Assembly: GCA_012295275.1 (NCBI GenBank) | Contig: CM022665.1 | Span: 5,394,001-5,458,000, forward strand | DNA length: 64,000 nt | Direction of reading: 5' to 3' | DNA from: Chrysomallon squamiferum | Taxonomy: Eukaryota > Animalia > Mollusca | Shown here: positions 44,369-60,900 of the stretch, one piece after another | How the letters are laid out: each line of letters opens with the position of its first letter | Numbering within the stretch: the stretch's first letter is position 1 | Program-made: the position numbers and the translations under genes | The notes under the pieces: model-generated | Databases searched by the model: none | What the model was told of the DNA's origin: nothing | What the model saw: only the letters and a program-made list of their open reading frames with translations

Positions 44369-44384
44369 TAGTAGTAGTAATAAT

Positions 44385-45875
<1,491 letters not shown>

Positions 45876-47771
45876 GATTGCTGGAATAAACGTGAGTAAC
45901 AGAGAAACCAGATGGTAATCTTCGCACAGTTGTCTTGTAGCCTCAAGATAACAGAATTTATGTGTCAGGCTAAAATAGTGATTAATGTAATGTAATAAGA
46001 AATATATACGTTAAAAATTGTTTTTGATCCGAAAACATTTTGATAATCATTTCCATCCTGTTTGTCGTACGATATCATTTTCATTATAATTCACATGTTT
46101 TACGAGATCAGTAATATTTTGTATTTGTTTTTGATTTTAAAAATGTATGTATGTATGTATTTATGAATGTATGTATGTATGATATATATATATATGTATG
46201 TATATATGCATGTACGTAAGTAATTATGTGTGTATGTATATATTTATGTATGTATGTTATGTATATATGTATGTATGTATGTATGTACGTGTGTATGTAT
46301 TTATATGTATGTATGTATGATATGTATATATGTATGTATATATGCATGTACGTAAGTAATTATGTGTGTATGTATATATTTATGTATGTATGTTATGTAT
46401 ATATGTATGTACATATGTATGTATCTATATATTTATGTATGTTTTCATAGTAACTGTTATTTGGTGTCAAGCAATAAAATTACATAGGAAATTCTCTAAC
46501 GGAACCACTTCGATTCCTCTTACCGATTATATGGATCTTTTATATCGACTTTATCGAAGATATGAAAATATACATAACTCTTTGATAATCTGAAAAAAGT
46601 ATACAGTTTAATGGGAACAGAGAGAATTTGATCCCCCGGCTCACTGCACCAAAGGCTACGTACCTTAAATAAGAGTAATTATTTCTGAGAGTTATATCAG
46701 CATGCAAAAATCATTTCTACAGTAATAAACGGCAAAAATGGTTTAATAAATAAGAGTAAATAATGCCTAGGGAAATAGCGAAAAAATAATAAGCTTTGCT
46801 CAAGCAGATGTTTTCGCCTGATCCGGACTTGACGCTTAGGTTGAAAACATATAACACAATTTCATCTTCATGGTTTAATGTTTAGAGCTGAGTGATATCA
46901 AGAGAGAGAGAGAGCGTCAATACAAATAATTAATTACTATAGACACACCCAGAAAAATCAAATTAATTTAGCACCAATATAATTTTGCCAGACCCGGACT
47001 TAACAGATGAAAAAAAAAAAAAAAAAAAACGTTTTAATTTTTTATGCAACACTTTTTAGATATAAATACAGGAATAAGAGAGACCAAAACTGAGAACGAG
47101 AAAAGAAAAAAATCATACAGATAAACCATTGCATCTAAAGGTAGAATTACTTTTTGTTATTATCATCTTCATTGTTATTATTATTATTATTAGTAGTAGT
47201 AGTAGTAGTATATATTATATATATTAGGAATAGTAATAGGAATAGTGTAGTAGTAATGGTAGTGGTGGTAGAAACAGTAATGGTAGTAGTCGTCACAGTA
47301 ACAATAGAAGAAATAATACAGGAGTAGGGTTAGCAGGACTAGTAGTTGTGGTGGTGGTAGTAGTAATAGTAATTGTGATAATGACAAGAGGAAGAATATT
47401 AGCAAGAATAGTAATTATTATTATTATTATTATTATTATAATTATTATACTGTCATTATTATCATTATCATCATAGTTATCATCACTGTAATCCATTGTC
47501 ATGTTAATTATCTCTCTCTCTCTCTCTCTCTCTCTGTACGTTTCTATGTAATAGAGGGTCAGTCTAAATAAATGCACATGTAGCAGCAATAATATGTATC
47601 AATTCTGTTGAAATTAACCTTACTAATACCACATCTACTCATTTCCTTTGCTACTTATTTTACAACGCATATATTTTTAATACACCACATTCGCTAAAAA
47701 GAATTGATTTATAATATCATAAGACAGTTCTCAATAAATAACTGTATAGGAATGTTCCCTTGTATTTACAG

Positions 47772-48725
47772 ATGAGACTGGTTATTGTTCTTGCTTTGTT
47801 TTGCTTTCTGGCTCTACAAGAATCGTTCGGCTGGAGAAAGAAATTTCGCCTTTCATTCCGTCGTCCATTTTTTTATCATCACCGTATTCGTGTTCCTCTA
47901 TATTTTGTTAGGTATTATATTTAACCCACCATGCCTCTTTGTAGGATGCGTGTTCGATTTACAGAGATATGGGCGTGTAAGAAGTCAGGATATGCAGGGG
48001 CGTAGGAAAACAGCGCTTATGACAAGCACTGAAACTGAGATTTAGATTTGCAGTTAAAAATCCTTGGTGTTAGCTGACATTATATAGGAAATTATAACAT
48101 TTAATACAGTACTGTTTTATATTATCTAATGCAAATTTTAAATAAGATAGTTAAACATTATCTAGATCTTTATTTCATAAGATACATAGATTCAAAGAGA
48201 CACACACATACATACATGCACTCTTGCAGACATCCATACATACATACGAGTTATTGTTATATCATTATTTACCAACGATTCAGGGAAAAGAGCTGACGGT
48301 CAAAATGAAAACAGATTCGAGATTGAGTCAGAACTATCAAAATTCTTCAGTGAAAGAGAAGTTCAAGATTTGATGGAAACTCTCGATAAAGAAAGTAAGT
48401 GAGATAATATTTTTATCAGTAGCTGGAACAAAAATATATTTCAGTGCAGAATGTTTTTTTTTATTTGGTTTCTGCTTTTTCTACTTCTTCTTCTTCTTGT
48501 TACTACTACTACTACTACTAGAATTGTTGTTGTCGTATTTTTTTTATTATTATTGTTAATATTGTTGTTGTAGTTTCTTCATTTCTACTTTCGTTTTTAA
48601 ATTAAACGTGTTGTAAATTAATTTGAGACGAATTTTATGTTGTATCATCTTAAAAACAAAATAAAAAAAACAATCAAAAAACTTTCTTTTGTTTTTTAGA
48701 TGAAGAATTTATTTCTCGTGATTAA
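47772..48725 (+). CDS. AMP-like precursor F (absent from the ORF track; one-base phase discrepancy)
   Basis: cag|ATG at 47772: MRLVIVLALFCFLALQESFG / WRKKFRLSFRRPFFYHHRIRVPLYF.. to donor ag|gtatt at 47911. Exon 48284-48394 (G)KRADGQNENRFEIESELSKFFSEREVQDLMETLDKE. Exon 48700-48725 NEEFISRD*. TATA-like motif near 47060, 5'UTR donor at 47140, 3'UTR exon from ~49275. The donor is phase 2 but the acceptor needs phase 1. Confidence 0.72.
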
Positions 48726-48824
48726 ATTCGAGAAAGCAGCCAAGCTGTTTGGTAAATAAATATGATATTTTCATAAAGTTGTTACAATTTTATTTTATTT
48801 TATTTTATTTACTTATTATTATTT

Positions 48825-48867
<43 letters not shown>

Positions 48868-48947
48868 TTAATTTTCATAGTGTTACTCAGTTGTATTCAG
48901 TAGATTGGTGCACTTTGACCTACACATGAATATATACTCACTCTCTC

Positions 48948-49069
<122 letters not shown>

Positions 49070-49700
49070 ATTAATAGAGCAGTAACAAAACATATTTTTA
49101 CTCATAGAAGTTTTTACTTTTTACTTCCTTCATTGATACCTTCATTATTCTTTTCCCATCAGATCAAATACCATATTTTTAAGAAAACGAAATCTCTCCT
49201 AGCTTAAACACTATAAAACATATTGTTTTATAACTGGATAAAATGTATACAAATCTATCATTTTTTTTCTTCAGATTTTGATGCATTTTATTCAGCATTT
49301 ACAAAGAAAACCTATCAGAAATAAATATCGATGCATAAAACTTTGTGTCCTTTTATTCTTACTTCACGATACACGATTGTATATTTTTTCCCCTCGTATT
49401 TGTGAAACGTTTTATATAAATCTTTCAATTCTAATTCTAATTGTAATAAACACTGAAGACAGTCTAAATGAAATAAATTATTTATCATATAAATTCATAT
49501 TTCTTAAATTGTTCTCAGCAAACTGAATTAGGCCAACAAACTGCCATAAATAAAACCAATGAATAATATTCTGTGATAAATTTCAAAAAGACAAGATATT
49601 ACAGTCTTTGATAAACCATATGTGCATGTGGCTCAAGATACTACTAAAATCATTACAATTTGAAATACATTTAGATTCCCGCCAGCCATCGCTTGCAAAA

Positions 49701-49826
49701 ACGACAAGGGACATAACTCTGGACTCGTACACTTTCAGAGCATTAATAGTTTACCTTGAGAAAAGCGTCCTATTATAAAAGTGTTGCCGAGTCAACTCGA
49801 CCCCCAGCAGTTATGTCCCTTGTCGT
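49701..49826. mobile_element. Short element with perfect 18-bp terminal inverted repeats (MITE-like)
   Basis: acgacaagggacataact (49701-49718) and agttatgtcccttgtcgt (49809-49826). No ORF and no clear target-site duplication. Confidence 0.55.
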
Positions 49827-50169
49827 GTTTTTATAAGCTGTATATGAAATGTAAATGGAACTCGTATTTAGATCCCATTTTCAGTCCGTCTTCTTATATT
49901 AAAAATGAAATGCAGGTAGGACAGCGAGTGTCGGTCGGCAGCACACGCCTTTCCTAGATACGCGTTGCTAGGGAAATATCGCACAGACGAACAAAACTGA
50001 ACGTCGGTAAAAGAAAAAAGAAACTAAGTGACGTTATTAATTATTAAGTCTATTGGATTAAAAGATCACATCTTGTCTTATCAGAATTTTTGGAAATACT
50101 TCTTATTTAAATTTACTAACTATGTCTTGAAGTAGCATGGACCAATGATTTCTAAAGAGTAAAAATAGG

Positions 50170-50420
50170 AAGCTCATTGTTTGCATACATAATAGTACAT
50201 GTTTTAGAAGTTGAATGCTTTTTGTTTTAACGAAAAAGAGGGAAAATTTAATTTTTAACTAATTTTTTTATACGGCCGGTTGACGGACCTTTAATTTTTA
50301 ATTAATTTATTTTCTGTTGTATAACTGCATCAAGGCAATCATTCAAATAACACGTGATAAATTTGCTTTTTATAAGTAAATACAACTTTTAATGCATTTA
50401 AAATGGAAATAAATATTATT

Positions 50421-50467
<47 letters not shown>

Positions 50468-52320
50468 AAGTTATAATGGTTTCAAGTATTGTTTTGCAGC
50501 TACGTACTCAGAACTGTCCGCTGTGCAGTTTTAGCAGAGTAACATGTCCACATTATGGTACCTAATGAGAATAGTTATCTTCATATTCACGCGCCAGTGT
50601 CTGAGAAAATGATTTTATTTTATTTTATTGTTGTTGTTTTTTGGGGGGCTGGCGACGTCGTAATAATATCTGAAAACAAAATATATAGTACGAAACGTGC
50701 ACCAGATGGTATGACGTCAGTTACCAAAAAAAAAAAAAAAAAAAAAAAAAAAGAAAGAAAGGAAAAAAAAAAAGAAAAATAAAAGCTTTCGACCTTTGCA
50801 GCAATTTCTACTCAGTAATAGACATCTGTGTATACAGGGCATTGATTAAATGACATATTTCTCCAAAATACTTTTAATGATCCATGTAGAATTGATTGCA
50901 TTATGAAGGCATACGTATTTAAGTTTGTAAACACCGATCGGCGTTCGACGCTGCCATCTTGGATTTCTATCGGAAGGTTCCGTGAGCTCACGGATATTTT
51001 TATATTTCCAAATTTAATTATTTTACGTCTGTTTTCTGAACTTTTTCTGATTTACACTGATTTATCAAACCATATGTCGTAATGCCTTTCGTAACTACTT
51101 TTTCAACTTAATCAAACTCTTAAATCTGGATTATTTTTCTGCAAATGCGTGCATAATAAACTGAACTTATAATTCGGTAAACGATTAATGTATTGACTTT
51201 TGTAGTTGCCAGTGTTCCCCCAGTCAGAACTCAGCAGAAAAGAACATTTAGGTGTTGTTTGTTCTCCATAAATCGGCCAAATTTCTGGAGGTTTTTTCCT
51301 TGAGACATAAGTTTGTGCCGTTTTGAGTTATCGTTCCTATTGGTCCATGCTACTTGAAGATTACTAAATATATATATATATTAAATAAATAAATACATTA
51401 ATAAATAATAATAACCTCCCACTGAAACAGCAAAAAACTAAATCAGACTGCAAACCTCATTAAGAATATTTTTTGATAAATTAAGCTTTTGATAATCTGC
51501 AGACATCATGATTCCTGTCTAAATATTATATTCGTGAAACGCTGACTTTTAAACTCAAGTGAACTGACAACTTATTATTATTATTATTATTTTATTGATT
51601 TATTTATTTATTTTGTTTGTTTTGGTTTTAATAAATTAAAACGTTTTCTATTTTTATAATTCACCTCAAGACCGAAACATTGTTGCTTGGAACGGGAACA
51701 TTATTAGTATATTACAATACTAGGCTGGAGATAGCATGCCTAATGAAAAAAAAAAAAAAAAAAAATTCAAATAGCAAACTCACAGTTTGCACACATAATA
51801 GTACAGGTTTTAGAAGACGAATGCTTTTTGCTTTAATGAAAAAGAGTGAAAATTAAATTTTAACGTTATTGAAACACACACACACACACGGCCGATTGAC
51901 GATCATTAAGAAAAAAAAAAATTATCCAAATAACAGGTGATTAATTTCCTTCTTACATGCAGTATGACCTATAAGGCATTGAAAATGCAAAATCAATAAT
52001 AGAAAACAGAATTATAATGTTTTTATATTATAGTTTTACAACAACGTATACAAATGAAAAATTGACCGTTTTCAGAAAAATAGAGTATTTATATCTATAT
52101 CTTTGTTCTTTTTCTTTTCTCTTGTGGGATAATTTATTCTCGCTCATAACCTCTGAAATCAGTAGAATAAACTGAAATTATAATTTGTTACGAGATTAAT
52201 GTATTAACTTTTTGAGATGGCAATGTTCCCCGTGTCAGAACCCAACAAAAAAGAACATTCTGGCGTAGTTTGTACCCACGTCTACGAGACGCAATTTGAG
52301 CCGAGTTATCGTTCCTGCTG
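50170..52320. repeat. Diverged direct repeats upstream of RCC1
   Basis: ~50180-50410 resembles ~51785-51990 (cataatagtaca.gttttagaag...gaaaaagag), and ~51155-51340 resembles ~52165-52318 (aataaactgaa.ttataatt...gttatcgttcct). Confidence 0.7.
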
Positions 52321-52534
52321 CTAGAGAAGTAGTCCGTTAGTTAACGGTTATATTTTGGTAAGTCAATTTAAATTAATTTCCTCAGTAATTATAATATTCG
52401 TAATGATTATTATGTTTTCATGACTGTAATGTATTAACTATTACAAATCGTATCAGTATTAAAAGTATTTATTATAATAATTATTAGCAACGTTACAATT
52501 ACTCGCTTTCCGCTATGTCGGCTTTTCCGTTGAT

Positions 52535-52600
52535 CACTGATGACGTCGTTCTTGAGTAGTAGCGGAAGGGGAGAGGACCCTCAGAAAATGGCCTGCTGAC
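52535..52600 (+). promoter_or_regulatory. Possible housekeeping-type promoter for RCC1
   Basis: Relatively GC-rich patch with TGACGTC (CRE-like), CGGAAG (ETS-like) and AAAATGGC (YY1-like) motifs. A second YY1-like GCCATCTT lies at ~50953. Motif matches only. Confidence 0.3.
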
Positions 52601-54926
52601 TGCTTATAAACAGAATTCTAAGAATAAATCTTTTTTCATGATGTTCTGCACACATTTACACGAATCCTCGCTTTCGAAATGTCAAGTTTTATTAGCCACA
52701 TGCATCTCCAATATTCTTGAGAAAAAAGTGTAAAATTTACTTGTAAAGTTATCCAAGTAAACTTAGCATATAAGCGAACTTTTTAAAAATACACATGCAT
52801 TCGATCATTTACTTAACTTTATTTCTGCCAAATTTCATGGAAATCTGACGTTGCGAACATGGTTGTTCAATTGCGAACGATGTTGAACGTAATTGTTACG
52901 GTAATGGACGTCACTGTTTGAGGGAAATGAGGACACGTCAACCAAATGCTGCCTTCTAATTGGTAGAGATGGTTTGTTTGCCTTATTTATAAACATGAAT
53001 ACTTTTGTTTATACTTTGTTCTCAGCAATTTTTCATTTTTTTGTTGATGTTTCCTTTGGCTTCATCTAAATATAAAATTGTTTACAGTTATCTTTTATGC
53101 GTTTTTGAGGAGATATAGGCAATTTTGTCAGTTTTGTTTTCTACTTTGGATCGCAGTATTTGGCCAATTGATATAATAAAACAGTAGGAAAAAACTGTTA
53201 CATTTTCTAGCGTCTGGAATTGCCATGACGCCTTCGATTTTCAAGATATTTCAAACATTTAGGTCTCATTTTGTTTCTTTCTTACGGCTCTATCCCATTT
53301 TGTGGTACCATAGGATTGAATTTTTTTGTAACATAAGATTAAATTATATTAATAATTAATGCTGAAATTTTATTTATTTATTTAATTATTTTTTTTTTTT
53401 TGTAACTTAGTGCTAATAAGAAAATAATATAAAATTACAAACTGCTACATTGATATTATAAAGTATATAATAAACTAGACACATAAATAGTAAAAATCAA
53501 AATAAATTTAAAGAAAATCCAATAATGTCCAGCCAATTTTAAATACTTAGTATTATACTACTATCACAATCACAGAATTTAAATTTTCATGCAAGAGTTA
53601 CAAATGTCAGCTGAACTTGGAAATAGCTTCTGATCTTTCTGCATGCAAACTGAAAAGATAAAATAACCACATTCAGTTTACTGTATATAGCAGAACGTTG
53701 CAACAAATAGTCATACTGAACGTTGAAATTCTGCTGGCACTTTTTAGCTATTTACACCTATTTGCTATTTGGAATGATAAGCAGTTTTATAATAAAATAT
53801 TTCAACAAGTTCATAGAGACTGTAAAAAGTAAGATAAATTTAAAGAATTGTTTAATGTAAGATACCATGATAATACTGATACAGTTTGAGTGATAGAACT
53901 GAAATAGTGCCAGAAGTGATCAAAACATTCAGTTCCAAAAAATGTTATTTTAAAAAAATGATCAGCTGAAACATTTTCATTTTTGCAAATGATTCTTTTT
54001 TTTTTTTTTTTTTTTTTATATTTAAAAGATGCTGTCTACAGGGATATTCTGTTTACTTCTTGTAACATTCATTATCACTGTTGGCCATGTAATAGGAAAT
54101 TAAAAACAAATACATTTAATGATTTATATACAGAAAACTTCGTTATTTTGTATAAATTAATTGTATTTATAAATATGAAAATTAACAGGAACATTGCTGC
54201 ATTTGTTAAAAGTTCCCCAAAATATATAATTTATGATTTGTAATAGCAAGTGGTCGAAGTACAAATTTTGTGTGAGTACATTTTTCCTGAAGATTGAGTA
54301 TATAATGGTTTATGTGTCAGAGTAAAGATTTAATACATTATCTTTTTAGAAACACTCTCTCTTACATGATTTGTGCACAGCCAGTGAAATAATAGATCTC
54401 TTTCTATTTATAGAGATAACTGACAGTGTCGCACATAACAAATGATAAAGAGTACTTTTGAGAACTCAGATTCATATAGAATTCTGGTAAAATGTTATTT
54501 TATTTTATTATGCTTGAATTCAAGTTGACAACCAGTCATTTTTCTAAATGTATTCATGTATCATGCTTTGTTTAAATAATAAGTTCTGTTTCATTATAAG
54601 TTCAGAAAATCAGATTATAATTTCTTTATCAATAGCCTTAATTTTTTTAATTTTAATTTATTTCAGATTTCTTTTCATACAACACAAGAAATAAAAGAAT
54701 ATGTGAAACAGATTAGTCAGCTATCCTGCAAATCATTTATAAAAATATCCAATTTTGTTCCCACAATATTATTGTTACTACTGTTACTGGTGTAACTATT
54801 ATTATTGTTATTATTTCTATTGTCTTTGTTGTTTGTTTGTGCTAAGTAAACACAAACTGGTTAAAATGCATACACAAGAAAGAATTAATACTGATCTATA
54901 CTGATTTATACTGTTGTTTTCAGAGA

Positions 54927-57900
54927 ATGCCTAGAGGAAGAAAACGCAACACTATCATTAAAGAAAATATTTTAAACAAGATAAGCCCGAGCAAAAGACC
55001 AAAACTAGAAGGTTTGTTTATAATTACTGCTTATTTATTCTTAGTTGTTAATGAAGATAGGTAATTTGTCTTTTCTCTTTTTGATAGATCATTTTTTCAT
55101 AGTCATAACAGAGGCTACACATTTCTGTCTGAGTTATCTTTGTTTAAAAACAAAATATCGGAGTAAATGTTACAGAGAGGTAGCAGGATTTTTTTGTTGT
55201 AGTGTTGAAAATTTCACAAAAAGACAGTTAACATTTCATTCTGTAATCCTTTGCTCATCGCATTGCAGCATTCACATATCACCAATCTCAAAAAAAAAAG
55301 AAAAAACTTGAATGTGCATAGCTTTGACAGTTTTAAAAGGAATAAATTTTCTTTTTTGATCAGTAACTCATCCAATTAAAGTATCAGTTTTATTCAGATA
55401 AGATGACATGACATCAGTACTTTGGTAGCTGGCTATGTTTAGTTAATGACAAATATTCATAAAATGAAAACATTTTCTATTACGTCACCTTTTTTTGTTA
55501 ATCAGAATGTGAACCTGCATACTTGACAGTTGTTTTCTAGATTTCTGGTCTGAAAATAACTTTAAGACCTGTAAGATTGTTGGACTTACTTTCTGTTTCA
55601 AGATGACTGACCCTAATAAGTATTCCATTTTTGAAACTTTATATCTTCTGATGTTTATAAAACCATGAACAGGACAGATTAAACAATTTATTAAATATTT
55701 GTTTTTATCTTTGATTTTTTTTAAACCAGTACATCATCACTCACATGGCAAGAAAGCTGGGGTTGTGCTCACTGTGGGGCAGGGTGAGATGGGTCAGCTT
55801 GGACTGGGAGAAGATATCATGGAGAGAGGTCAACCTGACTTTGTGAAGATTCCTGAGCCTGTGATTCAGGTGTGTGCTGGAGGAATGCACACTGTTGCTG
55901 TTTCCATGGCTGGTCAGGTGCGTCTGCTTATTTACAACCATTGTCTGTATTATTTAGTTCAGCCATTTTGTCACATTAGTAGCATAGTACTACCAACAAT
56001 TTCAAAAGTAAGTTACAGATTAAAAGGAAAAGGTGTAAGTGTGTTGCACAAGTGGTTTTATTTTCCTCAGGATTTATCGAAAAATGCTTAGATAGTATGA
56101 CCCTTAAAATTGGTACGAGTCTGCATAACAGTGTTAATTGTTTCTCTGGTTTGAGTCATAGGTGACAATTTTCAGTGTGATCTCAAACACACAAAAGAGC
56201 ATGTTTGTCATTTTCTTTGTATTCTTCAAATGACCTGATACAAACAAAAGGTATTTTAATGTGAGCTAACAGTGCTGTTTATGGATATTGGCAAAGTTTG
56301 TATTTTGGGGGATTAGCTTTGCATATTTGAATTCAAAACAAGTGAGTCAGTAATTGCTTATTTTAACTCCTTGGCAAGTCTACAGCTGGTATTTTAGATC
56401 AAAGTAGAAATGCCACTGGCAGAATGGTTGAAAACAGAAACATGTGAAACAAGAAACAGCTATGAAAAAAACTAAATGTTCAAGAGCTTTCATGCTGCCA
56501 TGAAAAATAGAGTTTAAATGAATGACACATTCAAATATTAATTTTTAAATTTTATTGTGAGGCTACCAGTTTGTACTGAGGACTGCCAGCTTGTATAATC
56601 TGGTAGCTATGTCAGTGAGAAATGTTAAGGTCAAGGCCTGGATCTTCTTAAAGAAACACGGTATCATTGGAAAGAGGAATTGGCTAAGGATTCCAAATTG
56701 TTCACAAGTTTTTATAATTAAATGAATTAAATATTGACTCATTTGACTCAGAAATGAATTAAGTACAAAAATTCCATAGGGATAAAGAAATATGTTTATT
56801 TAAAAAAAAAAAATAATAATAATAATAATAATAATCATAATCATAATTAAAAAACTCACTATTAATACATATTAAAGAAAAATAGAAATTTACACTTTGA
56901 AAAATCCTTGAAAAAAAAAAAAAAAAAAATTTTCTTTTTTTTCTCTTTGTTTTTGATTCCAGTGTGATGCCAAATTTTGGAAAATCGAATTTTTTCAGGG
57001 GTTGATATAGGTTGTTTTTTCTTCTGTGTTTTGTAGATTTATACATTTGGCTGTAATGATGAATGTGCACTTGGTCGTGATACAACTGAAGAAGGTTCAG
57101 AAACACTTCCAGGCAGAGTGGACTTGCCAGTGAAAATAATCCAAGTGAGTGCAGGGGACAGTCACACTGCAGCCTTGACAGAAGATGGAAAAGTCTACGC
57201 CTGGGGTACCTTTAGGGTCAGTAACTTGTTTTAGTTACAAATTAACAGAACAACAATCATTTTTAACAAACAGTATACATATTTGTGATTTTCAAAAAAA
57301 GGAGCTTAATGAATTCATTTTAATTGCAGGATTCCAGTGGATCTATGGGATTAAATAAATATGGAATAAAGAAGTGGCCAATGTTGTTGATGTCTGAAGT
57401 GATTGTAGTCAAGATTGTGTCTGGCAGTGATCACCTGTTGTGTCTGACAAACACTGGTGAACTCTACAGTCTTGGTTTGTATTCACCTGAATTACAAAAC
57501 TCATAATCAGTAAACTGCGAGTAGGAAAACAGAACCAGTGTCCAGTTCGTTATTATGAATAGACACCAACCATTAATATTTTGTATTACCATATTTATTC
57601 TGAGTTTACAAGATTGCAGTGAACTTTTGAATAGTTAGGCTCTGACTAAAATAAAATAGCTGCAGAGATTTTAGCAAATTTTACTACAGTTAAAGTTACT
57701 CAGTGAATACAAGGTGGTCAAAGTGTACTAAACAACTAACTGTCAGTCAGTCAGAATTTCTCACAATTTATTGAGCTTCTCCTAAAAGAAAATTTCCAAA
57801 TCTGATGTATCATGTGATATTGTGTTAATATATTTACCTGAAATAATTTTTGTTTACATGATTAGACATACTTTGATCTTCTGCCAGTAATTTTAGTCCA

Positions 57901-60900
57901 TATGATTTTAGTGTAAACAAGTACAGAAGAATACAGAGGTAGATGTTTTCAGCATTAACAGAGTCACTGGAAGTAGCCAGAATGACAGTTGTAAAACACT
58001 TTTTATGAGTTATAATCAGGACATATTTGATGTGTTTTCAGCAATTTGACTGCCTCTCATAAAGCTAACTGTTAATTTCACTGTTTTTACTTACAGGCTG
58101 TGCTGAACAGGGTCAGTTAGGAAGAATACCAAAGTGTTTTTCAGTCAGAGGAGGAAGAAAGGGACTTGGTGAATATCTCACATCAGTGTTGACACATTTA
58201 TCTCACATCTACATCAGTGTTAACACATTTATCTCACATATACATCAGTGTTAACACTTTTATCTCACATCTACATCAGTGTTAACACTTTTATCTCACA
58301 TCTACATCAGTGTTAACACTTTTATCTCACATCTACATCAGTGTTGACACATTTATCTCACATCTACATCAGTGTTAACACGTTTATCTCACATCTACAT
58401 CAGTGTTGACACATTTAAAATAAGTTTAAGTTTTCATTTAATATTTGTGAGTTTTGTTTATTTTATTTGCATTAGAACTATCACAGTACATTTTACAAGT
58501 ACAAATGTGAAGTTGAAAGATACAGTATTGAAAAGTGAGATGCTTGTACTTCCTGGTTTTACATTTTTGTAAATATTCAGACCAAGTTGGCTGTCAGCAA
58601 CACAGACTTGCTATTTAACGTTAGCTGAATTTGTAAAAAAAAAAATTAAATTAGCTTTTAAAATCATTTCAGATTTTGTTCTCAGTCCTGGTCTGGTTCA
58701 ATGCAGAAAACCCAAGTCAAGGAAGATGGTTTATTTTTCTGATGCATGGACAGGACAGTATACTTCATTTGCTCAGGAAAAAGGAACTGGAGAAATCTAT
58801 GCATGGGGATTAAATAACTATTTCCAGTTAGGTGAGTACCTTGCATGATGCTTATAACTTATGTGAGTACCTCACTTGATTATATCAGTTATGTGAGTAA
58901 CTTGTTTGATTATCTTAGTTATGTGAGTACCATGTTTGATTATATTAGTTACGTGAGTAAATTGTTTGATTATATCAGTTATGTGAGTAACTTGTTTGAT
59001 TATATCAGTTACATGAGTAATGTGTTTGATTATATCAGTTTTGTGAGTAACTTAGTTGATTATATCAGTTACATGAATAACTCATTTGATTATTATCAGC
59101 TAAGGTGAGCAACTTTGATGATTATTTCCAGTTAGGTGAGTGCATTAGTTGATTATGAAAATAAACAGTTAATAAAATGTATTAAATATGAATGATTAAT
59201 GTTTGCAGGACATAATTAAATAATTAAATTTTAATGATTGAAAAAAGATGAATAGTTTATAAATGTTTGTGTGACAGGTTTTCGTGACATTGAGAACCGT
59301 TTTCACCCAGAAAGAACTTTTCTTTTAAATCTGGATCACTGCTGGACGCAGATTTCTGGAGGCCAGCATCACACAGTGTTACTTAATAACAGAGGTATTT
59401 ATAAATAATAGACATGTTTAAATACTTATTTTTATTGATACAGCTTTGCGTTGTAAATAAAGTGCTTTTAATAATGTAGGTTTAAAACAGCACGTTTTGT
59501 ATCAGGATCATTCACTGTCAAATTGTGTCAGCTCCAGTGCTTCATATTTTTGGATTTTGGATTTTGGATTTGTACAGTTGGGAAATTTTAGCAATCAGCA
59601 GTTTGCAAAACTGTTTTATGTTCTGTCCAGAGATCAGCCAAGACTTTCTGTAACAAAGTCTTTCCTTTGCTAAACCTTATTACCACAGTGTTTGAAAATT
59701 AATTTGTAAAATAGCCTTTAAAGTGTGGGATAAAAAAAATGTACATTCCAACCAAAAATTGGCAGATTTTAATTTGACACAAAAATATGTAAAAATAAAA
59801 TATCTGATAATTTGTCATATCCAAAATATTAGTTATCAATTCTTTCAGAAAAAAAATATAAATACAAATTTGAAAATGACACCCACTTTTTCTCTGTCAA
59901 AAATAAAAATAAAAATAAAAATAAAAAATCACTTGAATATCTACTAATAATATTGAAAATATTTAAACTTTAATCTTGGTTTTCATTTTTTTAACACTAA
60001 GGTATTTTTCAGTTTATGCAGATCAGAAAAACAATAGAGCATCATATTTACATTTATTAGGAAATTTGTTGTTATAAAATTACAGTTTTATAGTATGTTA
60101 TATAAACTGGAAAGAGTATCAGTGTAAAAGAAGCAATACAGGAGACTTCACACTCTTCAGTAGGAGTTTTATCTCTCTCACACAAGACTGGGAACTCTTG
60201 GTGGCCAGTTTGCCCTGAAGAATCATTACTTTAGAAACAGATGACGTCTACGTAACTTGTTGTTGTTCAGTGTTTAGAATCTGGCTTGGTGTTGTTAATA
60301 GTTTTTATTTTCATTTGAAGGTGAAGTGTTTTGCATTGGCCGGGGAGACTATGGGCGACTGGGCATTGGGATGAAGGAAAAGGAGACTAGTGTGCCAACA
60401 TTAGTGAATGGCCTCCATCAACAGAAGTGTTTCACAATTGGAGCTGGGGGCTGTGTGTCTTTTGCAATTGATTCGGAGGGTAATTTTTGGTGTTGTGAGA
60501 AACATGTTGTATAAGGAAAATGATTCACTGAAACAAACTTCCACAGCTAAATTGTCTAGAGCCTTTACCGGGAATAAACAAAATGTATTTAGTTGTTCAT
60601 ATTCTCAAAGATGCACTTCAGATTGAATTTTTTTGTAAACCAGATTAAAAATAAACAACAATGTGTTAGACCTTCAGCATTGACATATATATATATATTT
60701 TACAAAAACATCCAAATTAATTAAATTCGCAGTTTTGCAGAAAAACACAACTTGCTCTGTTTAACTCCACAATTTTAAGTTACTACTGGGGCAAAATCAT
60801 TTCAGCCAGTCATTACAGTTGGTCATTTGAAATGACAGTCCCCACATAAAACATTATGACATTTTTTTCAGTCAGGATGTCAAGATAAACTTAAAATATT

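Noticed and set aside
55505-55680. Possible U17/SNORA73 snoRNA (vertebrate RCC1 is linked to its host gene); AAACCAT..ACA near 55660-55677
   Set aside because: The partner motif ATATTCCTA and the enclosing stem are not convincingly present. An Infernal/Rfam search would be needed.
58845-59108. 87-aa ORF with [10 protein letters not shown] repeats
   Set aside because: It is a by-product of a 30-bp intronic minisatellite and is out of frame with the RCC1 exon, whose read-through stops after five codons.
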